A stretch of DNA of 32,393 bases, from the NCBI GenBank assembly GCA_003221005.1, contig QHTZ01000109.1, forward strand, positions 1 to 32,393, in the 5' to 3' direction. Made by a program: the position numbers and the translations under genes. Origin of the DNA: Gemmatimonadota bacterium (GTDB taxonomy: Bacteria > Gemmatimonadota > Gemmatimonadetes > Gemmatimonadales > GWC2-71-9). Below, in pieces: positions 19,165-28,045 of the stretch. The notes beneath the pieces are model-generated. The model worked only from the letters and a program-made list of their open reading frames with translations. It had not been told where the DNA came from and did not search any database. Position 1 is the first letter of the stretch. Every line of letters begins with the position of its first letter.

Positions 19165-19542
19165 GTGACATTCACGCTCTCCCGCACCCACAAACTCATC
19201 ATCGCTGCCGTGATCGCCGTCCCCGTGGCGCTGCTCGCCTTGTATACCTGGTTCGTCGTCTCCTGGACCTACTCGACCGGCGAGCGCGCGGGGTACGTGC
19301 AGAAGTTCTCGAAGAAAGGCTGGATCTGTAAGACCTGGGAAGGTGAGCTGGCCATGGTGGCCATCCCGGGCAGCATGCCCGAAAAATTCTACTTCACGGT
19401 CCGGAACGATTCCGTTGCCGGCCTCATCAACGGCTCACTCGGCAAGCGCGTCGCCCTGACCTACCGCCAGCACGTGGGTGTCCCCACCAGTTGCTTCGGC
19501 GACACCCAGTACTACGTGTCCAATGTGAAGACGCTCGAGTGA
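19165..19542 (+). CDS. Conserved hypothetical membrane-anchored protein
   Basis: N-terminal TM helix, then [27 protein letters not shown]...F.FTV...L.Y.QH.....FGDTQYYV, a motif set I recognise as a widespread uncharacterised family. TGATG overlap with acnA. Confidence 0.8.
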   Translation: MTFTLSRTHKLIIAAVIAVPVALLALYTWFVVSWTYSTGERAGYVQKFSKKGWICKTWEGELAMVAIPGSMPEKFYFTVRNDSVAGLINGSLGKRVALTYRQHVGVPTSCFGDTQYYVSNVKTLE

Positions 19543-22349
19543 TGGCCGGGAATAGCTTCGGCACCAAGGCGGAGCTCAAAGTGGGCGGCCGGACGTTCGA
19601 GATCTTCCGGCTCGACGGGCTGGAGCGCCGCGGCATGCCGATCGCCCGGCTTCCCTACTCACTCAAGCTGCTGCTCGAGAACCTGCTGCGGCGCGAAGAC
19701 GGCCGCACCGTGCGCGCCGCGGAGATCGAGCGGCTCGCCCGCTGGGAAGCGAAGACAACCTCCGACGACGAAATCGCGTTCATGCCCGCCCGCGTTCTGC
19801 TCCAAGACTTCACCGGCGTGCCCGCGGTGGTGGACCTCGCTTCGATGCGCGACGCGATGCAGGCGATGGGCGGCGACCCAAAGCGCGTGAATCCCCTGCT
19901 CCCGGCGGAGCTCGTCATCGACCATTCCGTGATCGTGGACCAGTTCGGCACGCCGCTCGCCTTCCAGGCCAACGCCGATCTCGAGTTCCAGCGGAACCGC
20001 GAGCGCTATGCACTGCTGCGCTGGGCCCAGCAGGCATTCCAGGGGTTCCGCGTCGTGCCCCCCGATACCGGAATCGTCCACCAGGTGAACCTCGAGTACC
20101 TGGCCCGTGTCGTCTTCACGAGTCAGGACGCCTCACAAGACGCCAAGTCGCCAGGGCGCCAAGGGTCGATCCCGCAGGTCTACCCCGACACCCTCGTCGG
20201 CACCGACTCGCACACCACGATGATCAACGGCCTCGGCGTGCTCGGCTGGGGCGTGGGCGGCATCGAGGCCGAAGCCGCCATGCTCGGCCAGCCGGTGTCG
20301 ATGCTGATCCCCCAGGTCGTGGGATTCCGCCTCACCGGGCGGCTCCCCGAGGGCGCGACCGCGACCGACTTGGTTCTCACCGTCACCGAGATGCTCCGCA
20401 AAAAGGGCGTCGTGGGGAAGTTCGTGGAGTTCTACGGGCCGGGCGTCGCCGCACTCCCCGTCGCGGACCGCGCCACGATCGGCAACATGGCGCCCGAGTA
20501 CGGCGCCACGGTGGGCCTCTTCCCCGTGGACGAAGAGACCCTCCGCTACCTCACGTTCACGGGTCGCCCCAAGGAGCAGATCGCACTCGTCGAGGCGTAC
20601 ATGAAGGAGCAGGGACTGTTCGGCGCAGGCGGCGCCTCTGTGGAGTACTCGGACACCCTGGAGCTCGACCTCGCGAAAGTCGAGCCGAGTCTCGCGGGGC
20701 CGCGCAGGCCCCAGGACCGGGTGCCGTTGCGCGACGTCAAGCAGCAGTTCCTCACCGCCCTCCCGACGCTCGTCAAGCCGACGTCGCCGATCGGTCCCCC
20801 GACCTCACCCAACGCGGTGCGCTGGGAGGAGGAAGGCGGTCAGGTCGCCACGCAGGTAGAGGCCCCGCCCCAGCGCCGCACCCACGTCGACCTCACGATC
20901 GACGGCGTCGGCCACGAGCTGCGACACGGCTCCGTCGTGATCGCCGCGATCACGAGCTGCACCAACACATCGAACCCGTCGGTGATGGTGGCGGCCGGCT
21001 TGGTCGCGAAGCAGGCGGTCGAGAGGGGGCTGCGCACGGAGCCCTGGGTGAAGACCAGCTTGGCCCCCGGCTCCAAGGTGGTCACGGACTACCTCCGCCA
21101 GGCCGGCCTGCTCCCGTACCTGGAGCAGCTCGGCTTCCACCTCGTGGGTTACGGCTGCACCACCTGCATCGGGAACTCGGGACCGCTGCCCGAGCCGGTC
21201 TCGGCAGCCATCGCCGAGGGCGAGCTGGTCACCTGCGCCGTGCTCTCCGGCAACCGCAACTTCGAGGGCCGCATCCAGCAGGAGGTGCGCGCCAACTACC
21301 TCGCGTCGCCGCCGCTCGTCGTCGCCTACGCGCTCGCCGGGCGGATCGACCTCGATCTCGAGCGCGAGCCACTGGGTACGGGCAAGGACGGCAAGCCGGT
21401 CTACCTACGCGACGTCTGGCCGTCGCCGCGCGAGGTGGATGGGCTCATCCGCAGCTCGATCCAGTCCGCGATGTTCCACAAGGAGTATGGCGAGGTCTTC
21501 AAGGGCGACGAGCGTTGGGCCGGCCTCCCGGTCCCGAAGGGCGACCGCTTCGCGTGGGATCCCGCTTCCACGTACATCCGCCGCGCGCCCTACTTCGACG
21601 GGATCCCTCGGACGCCGGGGCCGATCCAGGACATCCGCGGGGCGCGAGTCCTGTGCCTGCTTGGTGACAGCATCACGACGGACCACATCTCACCCGCCGG
21701 CTCGATCCGCAAGACGAGCCCAGCAGGCCAGCATCTGATCGCGCACGGCGTCGAGCCCGCCGATTTCAATTCCTACGGCTCGCGGCGCGGCAACCACGAG
21801 GTCATGGTGCGCGGCACGTTCGCCAATGTGCGCCTGAAGAATCAGCTCGCCCCAGGCACGGAAGGCCCGTTTACGGTCCACGTCCCCGACGGGGAGCAGC
21901 TGACGATCTACGACGCCTCGGTCAAATACCGCGACGAGGGGACGCCGCTGCTGGTCATCGCCGGCAAGGAGTACGGCGCCGGGTCGTCACGCGATTGGGC
22001 TGCGAAGGGCCCGCGGCTGCTCGGCGTGCGCGCCGTGATCGCCCAGAGCTACGAGCGGATCCATCGCTCAAACCTCGTGGGCATGGGCATCCTACCGCTG
22101 CAGTTCCTCGCGGACCAGGGCGCCGAGGCGCTCGGGCTCTCCGGCACGGAGCGCTATGACATCTCGGGGCTGGCGGGGATTCTCGCCGAGGGTTTCCCCC
22201 AGGGGAAGGACCTCACGGTGCGGGCGACGCGAACCGACGGAAAAGCCGTGGAGTTCCGGGCGACCGTCCGCATCGACACGCCGCAGGAGCTACAGTACTA
22301 CCGCCACGGCGGCATTCTCGAGTACGTGCTGCGTCAGCTGGCACACTAA
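19542..22349 (+). CDS. acnA: Aconitate hydratase AcnA
   Basis: ATG 19542. [103 protein letters not shown]. Confidence 0.98.
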   Translation: MAGNSFGTKAELKVGGRTFEIFRLDGLERRGMPIARLPYSLKLLLENLLRREDGRTVRAAEIERLARWEAKTTSDDEIAFMPARVLLQDFTGVPAVVDLASMRDAMQAMGGDPKRVNPLLPAELVIDHSVIVDQFGTPLAFQANADLEFQRNRERYALLRWAQQAFQGFRVVPPDTGIVHQVNLEYLARVVFTSQDASQDAKSPGRQGSIPQVYPDTLVGTDSHTTMINGLGVLGWGVGGIEAEAAMLGQPVSMLIPQVVGFRLTGRLPEGATATDLVLTVTEMLRKKGVVGKFVEFYGPGVAALPVADRATIGNMAPEYGATVGLFPVDEETLRYLTFTGRPKEQIALVEAYMKEQGLFGAGGASVEYSDTLELDLAKVEPSLAGPRRPQDRVPLRDVKQQFLTALPTLVKPTSPIGPPTSPNAVRWEEEGGQVATQVEAPPQRRTHVDLTIDGVGHELRHGSVVIAAITSCTNTSNPSVMVAAGLVAKQAVERGLRTEPWVKTSLAPGSKVVTDYLRQAGLLPYLEQLGFHLVGYGCTTCIGNSGPLPEPVSAAIAEGELVTCAVLSGNRNFEGRIQQEVRANYLASPPLVVAYALAGRIDLDLEREPLGTGKDGKPVYLRDVWPSPREVDGLIRSSIQSAMFHKEYGEVFKGDERWAGLPVPKGDRFAWDPASTYIRRAPYFDGIPRTPGPIQDIRGARVLCLLGDSITTDHISPAGSIRKTSPAGQHLIAHGVEPADFNSYGSRRGNHEVMVRGTFANVRLKNQLAPGTEGPFTVHVPDGEQLTIYDASVKYRDEGTPLLVIAGKEYGAGSSRDWAAKGPRLLGVRAVIAQSYERIHRSNLVGMGILPLQFLADQGAEALGLSGTERYDISGLAGILAEGFPQGKDLTVRATRTDGKAVEFRATVRIDTPQELQYYRHGGILEYVLRQLAH

Positions 22350-24061
22350 GTCTCCGCCTCGCGCGCCACCGTGGGCGTGGCGAACGCCGGCCGCGGCACC
22401 TGGGGCAGGCCGAGATGCTCCCGCGCCCGGTTCAAGGCGTCGTCCAGGTTGCCGAGCACGTTTGCCTCGCCGATTTCATCGCGCATCCCGGACTGCACCA
22501 GTGCCACCACGGGCTGGGCGTGCACGTCGGACAGCACGACCAACGTGCCGTCACGGCGGCTGCGCTCCACCACGTCCCGCAGGGCGTGCAGCCCGGTCGA
22601 GTCGATCGTGAGCACGTGCCGCATCCGCAGGATCAGCACCTTCGGCCGGCCGGCGATCCGCGCCAGCCGGTCCTTGAACATCTCCGCCGCGCCGAAGAAG
22701 AACGGCCCGGTGATCTCGTACACCTCCACTCCCGGCGGCACCGAGCGGCGCCCGACCCAGTTGGGATCCCGCTCGTAGTCGTCCACAGGGTCCCGAAGCT
22801 CGTGCGTCAACACGCTGACGCTCGTGACGGTGGCCATGCGCCGCATGAACAAGAACACGGCTAGCACCATCCCGACTTCGATCGCGACCGTGAGGTCCAC
22901 GAGGACTGTCAGCAGGAACGTCACGAGCAGCACGGCCACGTCGCTCTTCGGCGAGCGCAGCTCGGCCCGGAACGTGCGCCACTCGCTCATGTGATAGGCG
23001 ACCACCACAAGGATGGCCGCGAGCGTCGCCATCGGGATGAGGCCGGCCCAACGGCCGAAGAACAGCATGATCAAGAGCAGGGTGACGGCGTGCACCATCC
23101 CCGCGACCGGGGTGCGCCCGCCGTTCTTCACGTTCGTCGCCGTCCGGGCGATGGCGCCCGTCGCGGGAATGCCGCCGAAGATGGGTGAAGCGAGGTTCGC
23201 GATCCCCTGGGCCACGAGCTCCATGTTGGAGCGGTGCCGGCCGCCGATCATGCCATCCGAGACGACGGCGGAGAGGAGCGACTCGATGCCACCCAGCAGC
23301 GCGATCGTGAACGCGGGCGCGATCAGGCCGGTAGCCTGGGAGAGGGTCAGTGCCGGCAGCGCGGGAGCGGGCAGCGACGCGTGGATCGCGCCGAATCGCG
23401 ACCCGATCGTCTCGACCGGCAGGTGAAACAGCTGCACCAGCGCCGTCATGGTGATGAGCGCGACGAACGGCCCGGGAATGCGGCGATTGACACGTGGCCA
23501 CAGGAGAACGATCGCCAGGCTCCCGACCGCAACCAGCACCGCCGCCGGGTTCAGCGACCCCATGTGGGACGCGAACGCGCGCCACTTCCCGAGGAAGTCG
23601 ACCGGAACCACGCCCATCGGCAGTCCCAGGAAGTCTTTCACCTCGCCGGAAAAGATGATCAGGGCGATACCGCTGGTGAAGCCGAGCGTGACCGGGTACG
23701 GGATGAACTTGATCGCGCCGCCGAGCCCCAGGAGGCCGAACGCCAGGAGCATGCCGCCCGCCATCAGCGTGGCCACGGTCAGGCCATCGAGGCCGTACTT
23801 CTGCACAACCGCGTAGACGATCACCACGAAGGCGCCCGTCGGCCCACCGATCTGTACGCGCGAGCCGCCCAGCGCCGAGATGAGAAACCCGGCGACGATC
23901 GCCGTGTAGAGCCCACGCTCCGGCGTGACGCCGCTCGCGATCGCGAAGGCGATCGCGAGCGGCAGCGCCACGATGCCCACGATCACCCCGGCGGTCGCGT
24001 CGGCGTAGAGCTGCTCACGGGTGTACCCACGGAGCGTCGTGACGAGCTTGGGGACGAGCAC
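22346..24061 (-). CDS. sulP: SulP/SLC26 family inorganic anion transporter with STAS domain
   Basis: [58 protein letters not shown], and STAS region GPFFFGAA...IDSTG. Confidence 0.95.
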   Translation of the reverse strand: MLVPKLVTTLRGYTREQLYADATAGVIVGIVALPLAIAFAIASGVTPERGLYTAIVAGFLISALGGSRVQIGGPTGAFVVIVYAVVQKYGLDGLTVATLMAGGMLLAFGLLGLGGAIKFIPYPVTLGFTSGIALIIFSGEVKDFLGLPMGVVPVDFLGKWRAFASHMGSLNPAAVLVAVGSLAIVLLWPRVNRRIPGPFVALITMTALVQLFHLPVETIGSRFGAIHASLPAPALPALTLSQATGLIAPAFTIALLGGIESLLSAVVSDGMIGGRHRSNMELVAQGIANLASPIFGGIPATGAIARTATNVKNGGRTPVAGMVHAVTLLLIMLFFGRWAGLIPMATLAAILVVVAYHMSEWRTFRAELRSPKSDVAVLLVTFLLTVLVDLTVAIEVGMVLAVFLFMRRMATVTSVSVLTHELRDPVDDYERDPNWVGRRSVPPGVEVYEITGPFFFGAAEMFKDRLARIAGRPKVLILRMRHVLTIDSTGLHALRDVVERSRRDGTLVVLSDVHAQPVVALVQSGMRDEIGEANVLGNLDDALNRAREHLGLPQVPRPAFATPTVAREAET

Positions 24062-24160
24062 CGCTCAATCCTCGCTTCAGGGGAAAGAGGCGAGGTAAGA
24101 TAGCGCGAGATGGCCGGCGTGACGGTCGGCCGGGCGGGCAGCCCGGCCGGTTACTACCGC

Positions 24161-24571
24161 TTACCGCGCGAGGTGCAGGACGTGATCGAGGGACAGCGCG
24201 CCGGGCCCGATGGTCGCCACGGCGAGCGCAGCGACGGCGAGCACCACGTTGTACTCGTAGCCGCCGTTCTGCACGAAGAACCCCTTGGGCGCGTGCACCT
24301 TGAAGATCGCCACCAGCATCGTGGCGATGGCGAGCAGCCCGGCCAGGGGAGTCAGCAGTCCCAGGATGAACATCGCCCCGGCGGCGAGCTCCCCGCCCAC
24401 CGCCAACGCCGTCCACAGCCGCGCCGGCCGGAAGCCCAGGCTGCCGATGAATCCGGTCGCGCCCTCGAACCCGGGGCCGCCGAACGCCCCCACCGCCTTC
24501 TGCGCCCCGTGCCCCAGGAATACCACCCCCAGAGCCACCCGCAGCGCCAATAAGCCGAGATCCGCAAACAT
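24161..24571 (-). CDS. DoxX family membrane protein (MhqP-like)
   Basis: GLLALRVALG..F.GHGAQK..G.FGG.G, GE, KVH..KGFF..NGGYEY, GPGALSLD. RBS GGAGG. Confidence 0.9.
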   Translation of the reverse strand: MFADLGLLALRVALGVVFLGHGAQKAVGAFGGPGFEGATGFIGSLGFRPARLWTALAVGGELAAGAMFILGLLTPLAGLLAIATMLVAIFKVHAPKGFFVQNGGYEYNVVLAVAALAVATIGPGALSLDHVLHLAR

Positions 24572-24587
24572 GTTCCCACCTCCCTAA

Positions 24588-24635
24588 TTGTTCGAAATCG
24601 AGATATTTGACCTCTAACAATATCGGAACCATCTT
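24588..24635. promoter_or_regulatory. Putative MarR (MhqR-type) operator overlapping a sigma70-like promoter
   Basis: AT-rich imperfect palindrome TTGTTCGAA-ATCGAGATA (24588-24605) and a second inverted degenerate copy to 24620. TTGACC (24607)-17 nt-CATCTT (24630) points at marR. Confidence 0.65.
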
Positions 24636-24658
24636 CCTGCCCGGGAGGTTCCTAGAGC

Positions 24659-25168
24659 GTGAAAAGCCAACAGCCGGCGCAAGTATCGCGGGACTCGGCG
24701 CTCAGCCTGTGGGTGGTCCTCGCCCGTGCATTCGACTCGGTAGAGCGCCATTCCCGGGCGAGCATCGCCCGCTTCGGGCTCGGCGCCACGGAGTTTGGGG
24801 TCCTGGAGGTGCTGTACCACAAGGGAGAGCTGCCGGTGTGCGAGGTGCGGCGGCGCATCCTGGTCGAGAGCAGCAGCACCACCTACGTGGTGGACAAGCT
24901 CGTGGACCGGGGGCTGGTGCAACGCCGCCCCAGCGGGACGGACCGCCGGGTCATTCTGCTCGAGCTCACGCCGCGCGGGCGCAAGCTGATCGGACGGATT
25001 TTCCCGCCGCACGCCGCCGTAATACGGCACGCGGTTGGCGCCCTTTCCGCGCGACAGCAGGCCCAGGCGGTCCGGCTGCTGCGCGCGCTCGGCATAGGCG
25101 CGGCCGCACGACTCAAGAACCCACAGGCAAACGAGGATCGCCGCCACCCGAATCGCGACCTTCCCTGA
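24659..25168 (+). CDS. MarR family transcriptional regulator (MhqR-like)
   Basis: GL..TEFGVLEVLYHKG, ILV.SSS.TYVVDKL, DRRV..L.LT..G, IFP.H, the pattern of Bacillus MhqR as I recall it. RBS GGGAGG. Divergent from doxX. Confidence 0.9.
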   Translation: MKSQQPAQVSRDSALSLWVVLARAFDSVERHSRASIARFGLGATEFGVLEVLYHKGELPVCEVRRRILVESSSTTYVVDKLVDRGLVQRRPSGTDRRVILLELTPRGRKLIGRIFPPHAAVIRHAVGALSARQQAQAVRLLRALGIGAAARLKNPQANEDRRHPNRDLP

Positions 25169-25216
25169 GGCGTCCCGTGTTTTAGGATTCAGCAGGGCTC
25201 CTACCGGAGATGCGAG

Positions 25217-25558
25217 ATGCCGGACCGCGACCAGTACTACCATCGCCACGACCTGCCGCGCTTCCGGGAGATCGCGCGCGGCGCGCCTGAGCTGGCGAAA
25301 AAGTTCTTCGAGTGGTACGACGCGGTGTTCGCCGAGGGCGCGCTCACGGCACGCGAGAAAGCGCTCGTCGCCCTCGCGGTCGCGCACGCGGTGCAGTGCC
25401 CCTACTGCATCGACGCGTATTCCAAGGACGCCCTCGAAAAGGGCTCCAACCTCGATCAGATGACTGAGGCAGTCCACGTCGCGGCGGCGATCCGGGGCGG
25501 CGCGTCGCTGGTCCACGGCGTGCAGATGCTGAACCACGCGGACGAGCTGGGGATGTAG
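25217..25558 (+). CDS. AhpD/CMD-family peroxidase-like protein (type associated with ArsS radical SAM)
   Basis: YY...DL..F, KFF.WY..VF.EGAL..REK.L.ALAVAHAVQCPYCIDAY, EAVHVAAAIRGGASLVHGVQM. Confidence 0.9.
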   Translation: MPDRDQYYHRHDLPRFREIARGAPELAKKFFEWYDAVFAEGALTAREKALVALAVAHAVQCPYCIDAYSKDALEKGSNLDQMTEAVHVAAAIRGGASLVHGVQMLNHADELGM

Positions 25559-25563
25559 CGGGC

Positions 25564-26603
25564 ATGGGACGCGTGCTCCCGACGCTTCACAAGCAGGGGG
25601 CCCCGCTCGCGAGCGGCGCCGCCCAGCGCGCGCGCCTCGCCCACCTACCGCTGCCCCGCAGCTTCGCGGCCGCGCTCGCCACGACCGGGCTGTACAGACG
25701 TGCCGGCACTGCCACGTGGACGCGGGGCCCGACCGGTCCGAGGTCATGCCGCGCGTCGTACTCGAGGCCTGCCTGTCGTTCCTCGCGCGCGCCGGCATCC
25801 CCACCCTCGATATCACCGGTGGCGCGCCGGAGCTGCACCCGGACTACCGCGAGATCGTGGTGCGCGCCACGGGGACCGGCGCGCATGTGATGCATCGCTG
25901 CAACCTCACGGCGATGCAGCTGCCGAACTATGACGACATCCCGGAGCTGCTGGCGGCTCACCGCGTGGAGGTGCTGGCCTCCCTGCCGTACTTCCAGGCG
26001 CGGGAGACCGACGCGCAGCGGGGAGAGGGTGTGTTCCAGGAATCCCTCGTCGGCCTGCGGCGCCTGAACGCCCTCGGCTACGGCCGGGGCACCGGCCTCA
26101 CCCTCAACCTCGTCACCAACCCCGTGGGCACCTACCTGCCGGGCGACCAGGCGGCGCTGGAGCGCGACTGGAAGCGGGAGCTGAAGCGGCGCTACGCTAT
26201 CGACTTCGACCACCTGTACACGATCACCAACATGCCGATCAGCCGGTTCCTCGCCTTCCTCGAGGAACGTGGGCAGACCGACGAGTACCTCACCCGGCTC
26301 GCCAACGCGTACAACCCGGTGGCGGCGGCGGGCGTGATGTGCCGGACCATGCTGTCGGTGGGGTGGGACGGGACGCTGTACGACTGCGACTTCAATCAGA
26401 TGCTCGACCTGCCGATCGCGGCCACCGCGCGAACCATCTTCGAGGCAGACCAGGCGATGCTCGGGGGGCGGGAGATCGAGACCGGCCCGCATTGCTTCGG
26501 TTGCGCCGCGGGCGCTGGCAGCTCCTGCGGTGGGGCCGTGACCGCCGCGCTAGTGGAAAGTGGTCACAGTCCCTGCCGGAACCGGAGTGCCAGCGTTCGG
26601 TAG
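25564..26603 (+). pseudogene. arsS: ArsS-type (arsenosugar biosynthesis / Cys-rich tail) radical SAM gene disrupted by a frameshifting deletion near 25695
   Basis: The N-terminus (MGRVLPTL...TTGLY) is in one frame. QTCRHCHVDAGP, DITGGAPELHP, RCNLT, ASLP, QRGEGVF, ITNMPISRF, MCR..LSVGWDG.LYDCDFNQML and HCFGCAAGAGSSCGG are in another. The first Cys of CxxxCxxC and the preceding strand are missing. Confidence 0.82.
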
Positions 26604-28045
26604 CGGAACTCCTCGGTTCGCGTGCCGCTCGTGGCCGTGGCTCCGGCGCTGTTGGTGAGCGCTCCGACGAGCGCGATCTCGTTGTTCGCGCCCCAGCCCC
26701 GGGTCAGAGACACGCCGACATGCCAGGCGAGCTGCCGAGCCGCGCCCTTGAAGACCTGCTGCGTCCCCGCGCCGCCGTCCGCCCGTACTCCCCAGCGATC
26801 GCGCCGCCAGTCGTAGATCGCTCGCGCTTCCAGAACCGTGAAGCGGTCCGGAGCGAAATACCCGTGCCCTGGTGTCGTGTCGTAGCTCAGGAGCCGCGCG
26901 AACGGGCCGAGCTGTAGTCCAGGCGCTGCCCGGCCGAGCACCGCGAGCACCGCCGAGGCACGCCGGTTTCCATCCGAAAGCCACGCTACTCCCCCGCCCG
27001 CGGACACGGACCAGTGCGGTGAGGGAGAGACGTCCAGGGTCGCATCCACCGCATCGATCACGAACCCGCTGTCGATCAGGAGCGCCGTCTCGTCGAACGC
27101 CGTGCGGCTGTAACCGATGCCCGCCGCGGCGTACCGCCCCGGCCGGATCCCGAGGCCGAGCTCGGCGGTGAGTGGTGTCGTCGCCGCGCCGCCCTCGGGC
27201 TCGAGCCGCCGCACGCCGGCGCCGGCGCGCAGCACGGCGCCCCGGCCCAGCGCGGCAACGGCAACCCCTCGCGCCCCATAGCTCGCGCCCGCGCGGAACG
27301 GGTCCGTCGCGTGACGCCAACCCGCGGCCAGCGTGCCGCGCACGTCGGAGCCGAGTGAAGTCGTGTACGAACCGTCCAGCGCGACGAAAGCGTTGTCGTC
27401 CGAGTCGCCGGCGCCGTCGCTCGACGTCACGAGCTCGGGCCGCAGCGCTGCCCGCAACGCTCGCTGGAGCTCCAGCGCCGCGCGATCCCCCGGAGCGAGC
27501 GCGCGTGCCCGTGCGGCGTAGGCTTCGGCAAGCCCCGGCTGCCCCTTCCAGTAGAGCGTCTGCGCCAGCCCGATCAGGAGCTCGGCGTCATCGGGATGCA
27601 GGGTGAGGGCCTCGCGCCAGAGGTGCTCCGCCCGGGCAAGGTCGCCCCGCCAAGCCACCGCCCGCGCCCGGCCCGCGAGCGCGTCCGTCCGCCCGGGCGA
27701 CCGGGCGAGCACCGAGTCGTACAGCGCTTCGGACTCTAGGGTGCGGCCCGCCCACGCCAGCACCCGCGCCTGATCCACCATGATGTCCTGATCTGCGGGC
27801 ACAAGACGCCGCAGCCGGCCCAGCCGCTCGAGCGAACGAGCCAGCTTGCCGCTCCAGCTGTCGAGAATCGCGAGCTGGTGCAGCGCTCGCACGTTCGTCG
27901 AATCGGCCGCGAGCACGCGCTCGTACGCCGCGCGCGCGCCGCGGTAGTCCCCGCGCTTAAAGGCTGCGTCAGCCTGAGGCAGCTGAGCGTGCAGCGGCAC
28001 CAAGAGCGCAACCGCGGCGACCGCAGTGCAGAACGGGGCCCTCAC
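26564..28045 (-). CDS. TPR-repeat exported protein with C-terminal beta-barrel-like domain (PgaA/YaiO-like porin)
   Basis: GTGA overlap with the upstream stop, signal peptide, TPRs with repeated 'LA..(L/V)(S/A/Y)W.G', then amphipathic beta-strands and GYFAP. Confidence 0.75.
   Translation of the reverse strand: MRAPFCTAVAAVALLVPLHAQLPQADAAFKRGDYRGARAAYERVLAADSTNVRALHQLAILDSWSGKLARSLERLGRLRRLVPADQDIMVDQARVLAWAGRTLESEALYDSVLARSPGRTDALAGRARAVAWRGDLARAEHLWREALTLHPDDAELLIGLAQTLYWKGQPGLAEAYAARARALAPGDRAALELQRALRAALRPELVTSSDGAGDSDDNAFVALDGSYTTSLGSDVRGTLAAGWRHATDPFRAGASYGARGVAVAALGRGAVLRAGAGVRRLEPEGGAATTPLTAELGLGIRPGRYAAAGIGYSRTAFDETALLIDSGFVIDAVDATLDVSPSPHWSVSAGGGVAWLSDGNRRASAVLAVLGRAAPGLQLGPFARLLSYDTTPGHGYFAPDRFTVLEARAIYDWRRDRWGVRADGGAGTQQVFKGAARQLAWHVGVSLTRGWGANNEIALVGALTNSAGATATSGTRTEEFRYRTLALRFRQGL

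Noticed and set aside
24127-24149. Hairpin CGGCCGGGC/GCCCGGCCG as a terminator between doxX and sulP
   Set aside because: There is no U-tract on the minus strand, and a 9-bp GC stem can arise by chance at this GC content.
25564-25720. Programmed -1 frameshift or selenocysteine recoding in arsS
   Set aside because: There is no slippery heptamer and no in-frame TGA at the tail Cys. A frameshift alone would not restore the missing first Cys of CxxxCxxC.
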